Positions 8,090 through 17,015 are shown, counted from the stretch's first letter. The stretch is DNA of 61,319 nt from an uncultured Pseudomonadales bacterium (GCA_964494905.1 CAZBTU010000003.1:1-61319), one strand, 5' to 3'. The notes: generated by a model from the letters alone, not told the origin. Translations and numbers: made by a program.

Positions 8090-8156
8090 TCTATTGGAGT
8101 TTGTGAGAGTTGATTAGTCTTGCTACTTCTAATAGCAACCAATTTCATCAACTCGA

Positions 8157-8771
8157 TCAGAAGCAGTATGACAACATAATTTCCCTTGCTGTTAGTTTGT
8201 AAAAATTGAAAGCAGCTAGCATTTCGTTTGTGGCATTCTGACTCAGTCGATTTTCACTTCCAGCGATAAACTCAAGACGATCGTCTAACACTTTCGAGTT
8301 AGTTAATGACGATATCCGCCTTGTGACAGACCAAACAGTATCAATGAATGGCGGTAGCTTCATGCCTCTTCTAATCTCAACAAATTCTTCTTCCTCCACT
8401 TGTCTCCCCAACAAAGATGAGATGTATAGCTGCTCCACCCCAAAATCAGTATCGGCATCAAATTTAGTATTAAACACTTTTCGAATAGTAGGAATGATCT
8501 CCTCACTGACAGCTGTTAGAATTTCCTCGACACGTTCGGCTGTGGATACTTGCTTCCCAGTAACACGATCTGTATTGATGGGAAAAAGTGTCGGGACAGC
8601 GTCCTCAGTCAATTCAATGGGCGAGAGGGGCGGCTGCTTAATTGTTGAAAAAACATCGTCGATATCAGGTTGCTGCAAATGTTGTGCCTCAAATTCAAAT
8701 AGGTCCTTTTGCAATCGTGTTCTGTTTATATGTGAAGTGACTGATGCTAGTAACTCACGAGCCAGATGCAA
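8157..8771 (-). CDS. Hypothetical protein (204 aa)
   Basis: ORF co-directional with and 66 nt downstream of the PD-(D/E)xK-like gene. No motif recognised. Confidence 0.55.
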   Translation of the reverse strand: MHLARELLASVTSHINRTRLQKDLFEFEAQHLQQPDIDDVFSTIKQPPLSPIELTEDAVPTLFPINTDRVTGKQVSTAERVEEILTAVSEEIIPTIRKVFNTKFDADTDFGVEQLYISSLLGRQVEEEEFVEIRRGMKLPPFIDTVWSVTRRISSLTNSKVLDDRLEFIAGSENRLSQNATNEMLAAFNFYKLTAREIMLSYCF

Positions 8772-8837
8772 CTGTTCACTAAACTTCTTTTTTTGATCAG
8801 TTGTAGAACTGGGAGGATGTTCAATCTCAGCAATTTC

Positions 8838-9305
8838 TCAAGCGAATGATGCATAAATAAGCTTGTTTCTATAGATCCCGAATGATTCAGCACTTGCAAT
8901 CTTATCAACCTCAAAAGAAGAGTCTACATCAGGTTTCCTAATTTTAACTTCAACTATTGCGGCAACTTCGTATACATCTCCGACGTCTTTTACTACAATA
9001 AAATCAGGCGGATATATTTTTGCATTACTGAGTGAATGCGCCAGCAACTGATTATCAGGAACAGGCGACACATTGCGGATATCTTTCATCGCATGCAGGA
9101 TGAATTGCCCAAGCATCTCAGACTTAGTTCCGGCCCGAGTAAGTATGCCACGATGCTCGAGCATCATTTGTGCTAAATACTCACCAGCCAGACCGACGGC
9201 ATTTTCTAAAGTTTTAGGCCTTTCGAATCGATCAACGACAACTAAATCTGGCTGTAACGATGGACTTATATGCTTAATCTCATCAATCTGGTGTTCCTGA
9301 TTCAT
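8838..9305 (-). CDS. PD-(D/E)xK nuclease-fold-like small protein
   Basis: PPDFIVVKDVGDVYEVAAIVEVKIRK gives PD ... E-x-K in the usual order and spacing. Start refined to the ATG at 9305 (MNQEHQ), 6 nt after TGtTATACT (9320-9312, minus). The longer track ORF (to 9443) would run through that promoter. Confidence 0.45.
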   Translation of the reverse strand: MNQEHQIDEIKHISPSLQPDLVVVDRFERPKTLENAVGLAGEYLAQMMLEHRGILTRAGTKSEMLGQFILHAMKDIRNVSPVPDNQLLAHSLSNAKIYPPDFIVVKDVGDVYEVAAIVEVKIRKPDVDSSFEVDKIASAESFGIYRNKLIYASFA

Positions 9306-9365
9306 TTTGTAAGTATAACAAATATTCATATGATACTTGCATTGATGATATGATATAACCAACCT
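9306..9365. promoter_or_regulatory. Divergent near-leaderless promoter pair
   Basis: Minus strand: TGtTATACT at 9320-9312, 6 nt before the ATG at 9305. Plus strand: TGaTATAAC at 9351-9359, 6 nt before the ATG at 9366. Confidence 0.45.
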
Positions 9366-9863
9366 ATGAGAGAAAGTTTGTCTAGTTACTTCAAACAGCA
9401 TTTGAAGAAAGAAAATAAGATCGTTCAACATGAAATTCGGCAAATTTCAGATGAACAAGAACAGGTAATGATCGAACATATAGCCAAGATTTGCCCCCCC
9501 GATTTCCCAATCGGCAAAGGACTAAGAGGTGGCTTCGACCTTAAGATGGTTGCTCAGTATCAACCTGAGCAATGCGTCACAATCCTTGGTAAAGCTTTTG
9601 TAATTCCAAAAGCCGGAAAAGCGTCTCTACAAATTGAACAACAAGACACTCATAGAACAGATGGGAGAAAAGAGTACATCTTTGAAGTGACAGATCGCTC
9701 TGTCTTTGTTGCAAGCTCTGGTAGTGCTACAGAACTTGTAGTCATCACGGAGGTGCCTGAGGGCTTACCCTCTGATCCTTTTGCCAGAACCTATGTGTTT
9801 ATTACCAATGATGCATTGCGAACCATTCTGGAATCACACCAGAGCATCTCTTCAGTCATCTAA
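9366..9863 (+). CDS. Hypothetical protein (165 aa) sharing an AKI(C/Y)PPDF motif with the divergent neighbour
   Basis: IEHIAKICPPDF compared with LSNAKIYPPDF in 8838-9305. Nothing else recognisable. Confidence 0.55.
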   Translation: MRESLSSYFKQHLKKENKIVQHEIRQISDEQEQVMIEHIAKICPPDFPIGKGLRGGFDLKMVAQYQPEQCVTILGKAFVIPKAGKASLQIEQQDTHRTDGRKEYIFEVTDRSVFVASSGSATELVVITEVPEGLPSDPFARTYVFITNDALRTILESHQSISSVI

Positions 9864-9917
9864 CCTACCCTGATCCAAGCAGTTACTCTTGCAGAGTAAA
9901 TATGCTATAAGAAATGC

Positions 9918-12380
9918 ATGCATGAATTGACTAGAGTTAATGAAATTAACAAACCGGCAGAGTTACCACCAAAAATCTCCCAGGTAACAGAGAAACCCAT
10001 ACCTCAAGAACTTCAACCATACAAAATTAAATCCGTCACAGAAGTTGGCCTAGAAACCGGCACAACTAGTGTTGTTTGCCAACTCGACAACAAACATGCG
10101 TACAATGCCCAGAGCTTGGCTGCTATTCGAGATCAGTTGGACCAGAATCGAGTTGCGGTAATGTTAGATAACAACTTCAAGGACAAAACCAGTGCTAGCT
10201 GGGTAAAGATCTTCAAGACCGTCAATGGCATAAAAACACTGGTAGCGCGATTTGACCCTCAGAGCAATGTTCTCCATGTTGATCACCACCTCACGACAGC
10301 AGAAATTGGTGAGACACCTCTCAACCAAGAGCTCAACCCAGAATTGCCAGCGTCAACGACACCACTGGTTGTTGCTTTTTTTCGCGGGCTGAGTGAAGGG
10401 ACACTCTTTACCGAAGATGAAAACTTCCCTGGTTGCATTGAATCTCTCAACAACACTTGGGATGCTCACCAATTCATGGTGTTTGTAGATCATTTTGATC
10501 CAGACTCTACAGAGTCATCAATGGCAGTGCTGAAGGCTAGCAGGGACAATGTTAATCACCAGTACTTTGATGAATTGGCAGCAACCACCCTGGACGCCGA
10601 CCACCGCGGGACGTATAGAACTAAAGATGGAGCCTCAAATGCTCGCGAAAAACTGGTCAAGGTACTCTCAGAACTCAGTATCCTGAGTGTACCAAGAACG
10701 ATCAAAGCACTTCAGGTTCTTGAAAATATCACCGACCACAATCAGCTTGCTGAAGCCCTGATAGCCAACAACATGCCAGACGCTGCTCAGTTATATCTGA
10801 ACTTTGAAAAAATATTGCAGTCCACCGAAGCAGTTGCTGAGTCTATGGCGGCACACTACGATGGTCATGGGAACGTGGTCTATAACGTGTTGGCGGGTGA
10901 TACAGAGCTAGATATGGCATACTTGGCGAGTGCTCTCCAGGAGAAATATGGCAAAGAGATCGGTCCAGACGGCATTGAAGTTTGTTTGATAGTCAAAGAT
11001 TATGGCCAGGTTGATGCTAGTAATTTTCCTGATGTTCACGAGTACGGCGTCTGGGTAAGAACCCTGCATGAAGCAGTGGATCTCAATAAATCTGGAGCAT
11101 TGCTTGAACTACTTGGCATCTATGGCCGGAGCACAGCCCGAGGGAACCGAAATGCAATTTCACACGTTTCACAACATGGAGTGACCTTTACTATTACGGG
11201 TACGGCTGATCTACTTGCCGACCTTAATGCAGGGAGCAGGTGGCGCTCTAAAAACGCATGGGGACTGATTAAAACCCTTGAAATGATCTTCGACCGTGAC
11301 CCAGCTTCACACACTATAGAACAATATATTGGATCTCGACCCGATAGTGTGCGCAGGTCCAGAACAATACCGGGGACCAACCAAGAACGAGGCGTTGCGT
11401 TGGACACGATCAGTACGGGTGAGCGAAGTGGTGAACAACGCGTCATCAAGTACCTCATTTATCCACCGGGTGAATCCCCTAATCAGGAATTCATATCAGA
11501 AGTACATACTGCCGGAGTTGCTGCTGCACTCCTTTGGCGTGACGGGCGACAGTTGGTGCTCATCCCAGAAACAATCGGACTTCACATCAAACCAGGGTTC
11601 GTCGGAGCAGAGTTTGAACGTGTTCAGATGCTTAATGATCCCAAACTAAATGAGATGGGTATGCCAATCGTGGAAGACGGGCAACATCAGTTTGCTCAGG
11701 TAAGTGAGCACTCAGAAGCAATGCTAGCCCACTTAGATGACATGAGAAATGTTCCCATAGCTATTTTAGATGCAGGGAAAGTAAGGGTGGCAAGTGCAGC
11801 TGAGTACAAATCAGATGTAACAAACTTACTTGCTGATTTACCAATAGGTTTACTACCTCTGCAGCAGATAGAGATGATACAACAACTAGAGTTTCACTTT
11901 GATCAGAATGAGAGGGTCTTAGTAAATGGCCGCACAAAACCTGATAACATGTTTGTAAAAGTGGACCGAATTGGGCAAACTGACTGGCAGTCAATCAAGC
12001 AAGGACATAGATATGAAGATCAAGTGTCCCTCCTCAGTAGTTTTCTGTTGATGAACCCTGCAGAGATAAACCGATACGCCAGGGGGATGGATTTCAAGAA
12101 CCCTGATGTACAATTTCTATTTATCAGTCGGGCACTCTTTGCTTTGCAGTACAACATAGATAAAATAAAAAGACTTGAAGAAGAGAACAATTATAGTGAA
12201 GTGGAAATCACAAAACTGAAGGTGCGTATTCACCTTGAGATTGTCACATGGGCACTGTCTGATCAAAAAGATTTAAGCAGGTTGCAACAATTAAGTGGAG
12301 AATTACGCAAAAAGCTGCAGGAACATAGACCAAGCACTGCACATCAAGCGAATCAGATGTTCGGTACTTCTGTTGGTTGA
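9918..12380 (+). CDS. Large hypothetical protein (820 aa) with a degenerate DHH/DHHA1-like N-terminal region and a C-terminal coiled coil
   Basis: LHVDHHL (nt 10281-10289), followed by ELPASTTPLVVAFF, resembles DHH motif III and its following helix. VWVRTLHEAVDLNKSGALLELLGIYGRSTARGNRNAIS resembles the DHHA1 ...GGGGHxNAAG segment, but the GGGH is replaced. Resemblance is by eye only. Confidence 0.6.
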   Translation: MHELTRVNEINKPAELPPKISQVTEKPIPQELQPYKIKSVTEVGLETGTTSVVCQLDNKHAYNAQSLAAIRDQLDQNRVAVMLDNNFKDKTSASWVKIFKTVNGIKTLVARFDPQSNVLHVDHHLTTAEIGETPLNQELNPELPASTTPLVVAFFRGLSEGTLFTEDENFPGCIESLNNTWDAHQFMVFVDHFDPDSTESSMAVLKASRDNVNHQYFDELAATTLDADHRGTYRTKDGASNAREKLVKVLSELSILSVPRTIKALQVLENITDHNQLAEALIANNMPDAAQLYLNFEKILQSTEAVAESMAAHYDGHGNVVYNVLAGDTELDMAYLASALQEKYGKEIGPDGIEVCLIVKDYGQVDASNFPDVHEYGVWVRTLHEAVDLNKSGALLELLGIYGRSTARGNRNAISHVSQHGVTFTITGTADLLADLNAGSRWRSKNAWGLIKTLEMIFDRDPASHTIEQYIGSRPDSVRRSRTIPGTNQERGVALDTISTGERSGEQRVIKYLIYPPGESPNQEFISEVHTAGVAAALLWRDGRQLVLIPETIGLHIKPGFVGAEFERVQMLNDPKLNEMGMPIVEDGQHQFAQVSEHSEAMLAHLDDMRNVPIAILDAGKVRVASAAEYKSDVTNLLADLPIGLLPLQQIEMIQQLEFHFDQNERVLVNGRTKPDNMFVKVDRIGQTDWQSIKQGHRYEDQVSLLSSFLLMNPAEINRYARGMDFKNPDVQFLFISRALFALQYNIDKIKRLEEENNYSEVEITKLKVRIHLEIVTWALSDQKDLSRLQQLSGELRKKLQEHRPSTAHQANQMFGTSVG

Positions 12381-12609
12381 TCTGGGTGAGCTTTTGTTGA
12401 CAAATTGCACTTCTTAATCTTTCTCCAAACTAAATAATAGCCTGCAGCAAGAATAATGAACAATCAAACACAAAGCGGTTGTACAAATTGACCTGCCAAT
12501 AATCACTGTTGTTGAACTAATGGTCTCGATCTGAATACTGTGATACTCTAGTTCTTCCGGAAAATAAAAATTACTCTGATTAAACATCTAAGGATTGCTG
12601 GAAAAACAC

Positions 12610-13782
12610 ATGAATTCAATACCAGCCAGCTATCTCAAAACACTGCCAATCTTTCCAAGGACACTCATTAAATATCAACTTGCTACTAACATTTCAATAT
12701 CTCAACTAGTGAACTTAACATCTGATGGAATCGACAGACAAAAATTGGAAAACTGTTTAGATCAAACTGAGCTTGAGTTCATTAAGAATTATCTTAAAGA
12801 AACCAAATCTCATGAGTATCTCTTTGACCCAGGTGTAAGTCGCTTGATTGCCAAGAACCGACTTTTGTTTCACCTCGAGCCAAAGAAACAAAACAAAGAG
12901 GGTACAAGAAAAAAACTAGCTCACCCTCAAACAATCGTATTAGGTTATCCGAAATGCGCAACAACATGGTTTTACACTTTAATCCGCCAGGTTACATTGT
13001 TTGATGTACCGCCAAAAGAAATCGAGTTTTTTGGATCATGGAGATACAGTAAGGGTGAGTCATGGTATCAAAACCACTTCTCTTCGAAAAAACCATCAAT
13101 TGATGTGAGTGTCGGTTCAGTCAGACATTCTGAAATCTGGGATCGCATCAAATCTTATGAAGTTAAACATAAAAACAAGGTCAAAAAGCTCATCTTTGTC
13201 AGACGCCCATCAGAGAGAGCTTTGTCGTTCATTAGGCACAGAAAAGCAAAAGGAGAAGGATACTACAACTTCCCAAGCTACCTAAAAAGTGGATATGTTA
13301 AGTCAATGTTTATTAACACTTCAGATTACAAAACTGACCTAGAAAAGCTCACATCTGTCTTTCAAACTCAAGATTTTTTTATTGTCTTTCAGGAGGACAT
13401 CATTTCAGACCCAAAAGCAACATTCGCCGCTATTATTGCCTTCATGCTTGGTAATAGTGCGAACACTCAGAAAATTTCGAGTACGGTGCGAGCACTCGAT
13501 TTTGCAAGAATTGAAAATCAGAGCACTCAAATCAGAATGTTCCCTTTACTTAAGTTTGCGTATGAACAAGAATATTGGTGGAAAAGTAAGCATTTCCCAC
13601 AGCTTGTATATATTGGTTACGGTATCAGACGAATAGCGGAGCTACTATGCTACACGAATGAAACTGCACAAAGAACAGAGTATAAAAACTTTATCCAAAA
13701 CCATCCTAGAATCATACAGCTGGACCGCATGTATGATCAACTAAAAACATGGCTTGATGGCAATGGCATCGCACATTCGTAA
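12610..13782 (+). CDS. Sulfotransferase-domain protein (PAPS-dependent) with an N-terminal extension of about 105 aa
   Basis: VLGYPKCATTWF matches the 5'-PSB loop (PKxGTTW). FVRRPSERALSFIRH matches the 3'-PB motif (RxPxxRxxS). The track start at 12595 is a TTG; the ATG at 12610 is used here. Confidence 0.7.
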   Translation: MNSIPASYLKTLPIFPRTLIKYQLATNISISQLVNLTSDGIDRQKLENCLDQTELEFIKNYLKETKSHEYLFDPGVSRLIAKNRLLFHLEPKKQNKEGTRKKLAHPQTIVLGYPKCATTWFYTLIRQVTLFDVPPKEIEFFGSWRYSKGESWYQNHFSSKKPSIDVSVGSVRHSEIWDRIKSYEVKHKNKVKKLIFVRRPSERALSFIRHRKAKGEGYYNFPSYLKSGYVKSMFINTSDYKTDLEKLTSVFQTQDFFIVFQEDIISDPKATFAAIIAFMLGNSANTQKISSTVRALDFARIENQSTQIRMFPLLKFAYEQEYWWKSKHFPQLVYIGYGIRRIAELLCYTNETAQRTEYKNFIQNHPRIIQLDRMYDQLKTWLDGNGIAHS

Positions 13783-15406
13783 AGGTATGAACAGTCCTGC
13801 AATCGTTAGACTCAACAAGCAGCAAATTCAAGATGTTGTCAATCTTGCCACGGGTGTATACGCACCACTCACTGGTTTTTTAAAACAAGCTGACTATACA
13901 AGTGTTTTGAATGAGATGAGACTCGCAAACGGAAGTGTATGGACAATTCCAGTTGTATTACACATAGATCATGCAACTGCAGAAGCAATTAATGGGCAAA
14001 ATCAGGTATTACTCTGCGACAAACTTAACAGAGAAATTGGATACATTCTTGATCCAATGATCTTCCCATTCGACCATGCTACGTATGCGGAAGCAGTATT
14101 CGGAACTCTTGATACTCAACATCCTGGTGTCAAAGATGCCGCGCTTGCTGAAAAGTACCTAATTGGTGGAGATGTAGTGCTTACTAGGCAACCTGATGCA
14201 CCTTTCGCAGCATACAATCACACACCGGAACAAACAAAGCAACTATTTAAGCAGAAAGGCTGGCACTCTATAGTTGGATTTCAAACGCGGAATGTGCCAC
14301 ACCGAGGACACGAATTTTTACAAAAAACCGCGCTGAAAGTAGCCGATGGACTATTGATTCAACCAGTTGTCGGAAAGAAAAAAATTGCTGACTTTAAAGA
14401 TGAGTACATTGTGGCCACGTACAATGCATTAATTAAGAAGCGCTACCCTCAAGATAAAGTTTTGTTATCTACGCTATCTTTAAAGATGCACTATGCTGGT
14501 CCACGTGAAGCAGTCTTTCATGCACTGATCCGACGAAACTTTGGGTGTACATACTTCGTTGTTGGTCGCGATCATGCCGGTGTAGGAAATTACTACCCAC
14601 CACTAGCAGCTCAATTAATATTTGATCAATTTACTCGAGAGGAAATGGGAATCGGTATTCTTAAATATGAAGAAGTTGTTTATAATACTACAACAAAAAA
14701 ACATGACTTCATCTCAAATGTACCTACCGCTGCGAGGCAACATTTTAGCGGAACCAAGTTGAGGCAATATGTTTCACAGCAAATTATTGCCCCTGCATAC
14801 CTAGTTCGACCCGAGGTTGCAGAAATATTATGCAGTAGTCCAACTGCGTTAGTAGAACACAAACACAACAGCACTATGACTAAGCCAAGTTTTACAGTCT
14901 GGTTTACCGGTTTGTCTGCTTCGGGAAAAAGCACAATTGCAGACTCAGTGTACCAAGTGCTGGCTGAAAGGCAGTTATCAGTCGAGAGACTAGATGGCGA
15001 TGTGGTAAGACAAAGTCTGACTAAAGATCTGGGTTTTTCTCGAGAAGACAGAATCGAAAACATCAAAAGAATTGGATTCGTTGCAAGCCTACTTAATAAA
15101 AATGGTATTGGAGTTATTGCATCCTTTATTACACCGTATGAGGAGCAAAGAAAACATTTACGAAAAAAACTTGATAACTATATTGAAATTTTTATTAGCA
15201 CCCCACTCGAAACCTGTGAAGAGCGTGATCCAAAAGGCTTGTACAAAAAGGCTAGGACAGGCGAGATTTCACAATTCACAGGTATCTCAGATCCCTATGA
15301 AACTCCAAAAAATCCTGACCTAACCATAGATGCGCTTGATCCTGATCCGACTACATACGTCAACACAGTAATCGATTACTTAAACAAAAAAGGTTTTTTG
15401 GAATAA
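13754..15406 (+). CDS. Bifunctional sulfate adenylyltransferase (ATP sulfurylase) / adenylylsulfate kinase (PAPS synthase)
   Basis: N-terminal domain has GFQTRNVPHRGHEFL and VVGRDHAGVG (ATP sulfurylase signatures). C-terminal domain from about nt 14880 has WFTGLSASGKSTIA (APS kinase P-loop) and ISDPYE. Overlaps the sulfotransferase gene by 29 nt. An alternative ATG lies at 13787. Confidence 0.88.
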   Translation: MMAMASHIRKGMNSPAIVRLNKQQIQDVVNLATGVYAPLTGFLKQADYTSVLNEMRLANGSVWTIPVVLHIDHATAEAINGQNQVLLCDKLNREIGYILDPMIFPFDHATYAEAVFGTLDTQHPGVKDAALAEKYLIGGDVVLTRQPDAPFAAYNHTPEQTKQLFKQKGWHSIVGFQTRNVPHRGHEFLQKTALKVADGLLIQPVVGKKKIADFKDEYIVATYNALIKKRYPQDKVLLSTLSLKMHYAGPREAVFHALIRRNFGCTYFVVGRDHAGVGNYYPPLAAQLIFDQFTREEMGIGILKYEEVVYNTTTKKHDFISNVPTAARQHFSGTKLRQYVSQQIIAPAYLVRPEVAEILCSSPTALVEHKHNSTMTKPSFTVWFTGLSASGKSTIADSVYQVLAERQLSVERLDGDVVRQSLTKDLGFSREDRIENIKRIGFVASLLNKNGIGVIASFITPYEEQRKHLRKKLDNYIEIFISTPLETCEERDPKGLYKKARTGEISQFTGISDPYETPKNPDLTIDALDPDPTTYVNTVIDYLNKKGFLE

Positions 15407-15474
15407 GTAAATGACTACAAAAAAAACTTAAAAATACACTGAACTAATCCATACCAGAGAAAAAATATTGTTCA

Positions 15475-16722
15475 CTAACCTAGCTCAATCACGAACGAGG
15501 ACTGTCTCAGTTTGTGCAGGGATTCCGCGAGCTCAATCATATTTTCAGCGTCAATTTTTACCTGATAGTGTTTGTTCAAATGGCTGCACATTGCAACAAA
15601 AGAATCGTGCGTTAAATACGATTGCGCACCACTGTTGAAAAACACTCCTGTCACAAGCTGCTCAAAAGAATATGTGGTCATCCTCACATACGCATCAGCT
15701 TCTTCTCGAGTGTGCGTATCTTGAGTTGTTGCATATTTATTCATTGCCAGTGGAAAATCATGTAACTTGCCCAAGTTTCCGATATCCTTATATGAAAAGG
15801 AAGTATTAATACCGTTTCGCAGTGCAACTGCATAGTTTCTGGTAATAATAAAAGCCAACAACCGAGCCTGAGCTGAAAGAGTCTCTGGCACTTGATGATG
15901 TGATTGGCTACTTTCTCCTAGCTCGCTCTCATGAGGGAGGCGGTGCTGGAGATGATCGGCATACGCTAGTGGTAACGAATAGTATTCACAAAATCTCGCT
16001 TTTCCATTGGCACTCATTTCCGCTTGTAACCAAGCAGCAGATCTCAGAAGTAGAACAGGATTGATAAATGTACGAACATCCAGTCTCTCTGGGTCAGTGA
16101 TACGGACTATGCCGTGAATAAAATCCCTATTACGATACTCAGCATCATTTCGCCAGAATCTCCTTAAGTGTGCCGCATATGTTCTGCCACCACTACCACC
16201 GGTTTCTGCGTCTTCAAAATGTTGGAAGAAAACCTCTTTGGGAACCGAGAGCAGCGCAATGTAGTCACCGACAACTGCGCCGTCTTCTGTCAAAAGCTCG
16301 CCCACGTTCACATCAATCATTGCCTCCGTTATACCTACCACACCCATACTTGATTTGCGGTGACTTTGGGCCGCAACCCACCTTAAATCACGCAGCCCTA
16401 GGCCCTTCACGCTAATGATGCCGACCACATGATATGTGCTGCCATCAGCTAGCCTCTTTGGCAGCAAAACTGGTTCCAAAGCGCTCCCAGCTTCCCGACC
16501 TCTTGTCATAGTTATCTGGGGCAGCGGCTTTTCTTCTGACTTGGTTCCCTGACCTGACACATACATCCGTTCTCTGAGTTCAGCCTCTGATATTAGGTAG
16601 CGAGCGTTAAGGGCAATGTGAACTTGCTCAGATTTACCGATTGGCGATTCTAGAAACCGTACAACTCGAGCTAAATGTTGATCGGAAAAGTTCGGACTGG
16701 GATGGGGAATCTCTTTGATCAC
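15475..16722 (-). CDS. Hypothetical protein (415 aa)
   Basis: Long ORF. Its GTG start overlaps the upstream stop as GTGA (16719-16722). No motif recognised. Confidence 0.6.
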   Translation of the reverse strand: MIKEIPHPSPNFSDQHLARVVRFLESPIGKSEQVHIALNARYLISEAELRERMYVSGQGTKSEEKPLPQITMTRGREAGSALEPVLLPKRLADGSTYHVVGIISVKGLGLRDLRWVAAQSHRKSSMGVVGITEAMIDVNVGELLTEDGAVVGDYIALLSVPKEVFFQHFEDAETGGSGGRTYAAHLRRFWRNDAEYRNRDFIHGIVRITDPERLDVRTFINPVLLLRSAAWLQAEMSANGKARFCEYYSLPLAYADHLQHRLPHESELGESSQSHHQVPETLSAQARLLAFIITRNYAVALRNGINTSFSYKDIGNLGKLHDFPLAMNKYATTQDTHTREEADAYVRMTTYSFEQLVTGVFFNSGAQSYLTHDSFVAMCSHLNKHYQVKIDAENMIELAESLHKLRQSSFVIELG

Positions 16723-17015
16723 AACTTCGAAGGCATTGGGTATCTTTTTCGAATCTCTTCATACAGTGCCGCTTTTTCTCTTCTCACCGAATCTTTCTGG
16801 CGGAAATTAACTTCCTCAGAACTGCCAGTAAAACGAAACATTGGCCTCAAAGCAAGGTGTCCGTTCTCCGCGTAGACTCGATAAAGTTTATCTACCGCAG
16901 CAAGGTGAGCAGCAACAGGATCTGATGGCGGTATGAAATTTGCACCCAGAACTTCGTCTAATAAATGACCCACATGTCTTAGATCATGGTGCATTCCAGC
17001 ACGGTTTTCTTTCAC
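16719..17015 (-). CDS. Hypothetical protein (98 aa)
   Basis: GTG start preceded by GAAGGA 5 nt upstream. Translationally coupled to the 415-aa gene. Confidence 0.5.
   Translation of the reverse strand: MKENRAGMHHDLRHVGHLLDEVLGANFIPPSDPVAAHLAAVDKLYRVYAENGHLALRPMFRFTGSSEEVNFRQKDSVRREKAALYEEIRKRYPMPSKL

Noticed and set aside
8323-8796. Antisense or shadow ORFs nested in longer genes. Examples: 4171-4431, 8323-8796, 11120-11458, 14680-15066, 22639-23040, 36176-36709, 44196-44558, 48406-48882 and 50006-50317.
   Set aside because: Each lies wholly inside a longer ORF on the opposite strand or in another frame, and that longer ORF has recognisable protein motifs or much greater length. Their sequences are low-complexity or Ser/Cys/Arg-rich, as expected for non-coding frames.
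9366-9863. The 165-aa protein as a third PD-(D/E)xK nuclease (PPDF ... IFEVTD)
   Set aside because: The PD and E-x-T elements are about 58 residues apart, much further than in the fold, and the Lys is missing. Only the local AKI(C/Y)PPDF similarity to the neighbour is retained as an observation.
12456-12491. 11-codon ORF (MNNQTQSGCTN) upstream of the sulfotransferase as a possible sulfated-peptide precursor
   Set aside because: It is very short, has no Tyr acceptor or leader-like features, and has no ribosome-binding site. It is most likely a chance frame.
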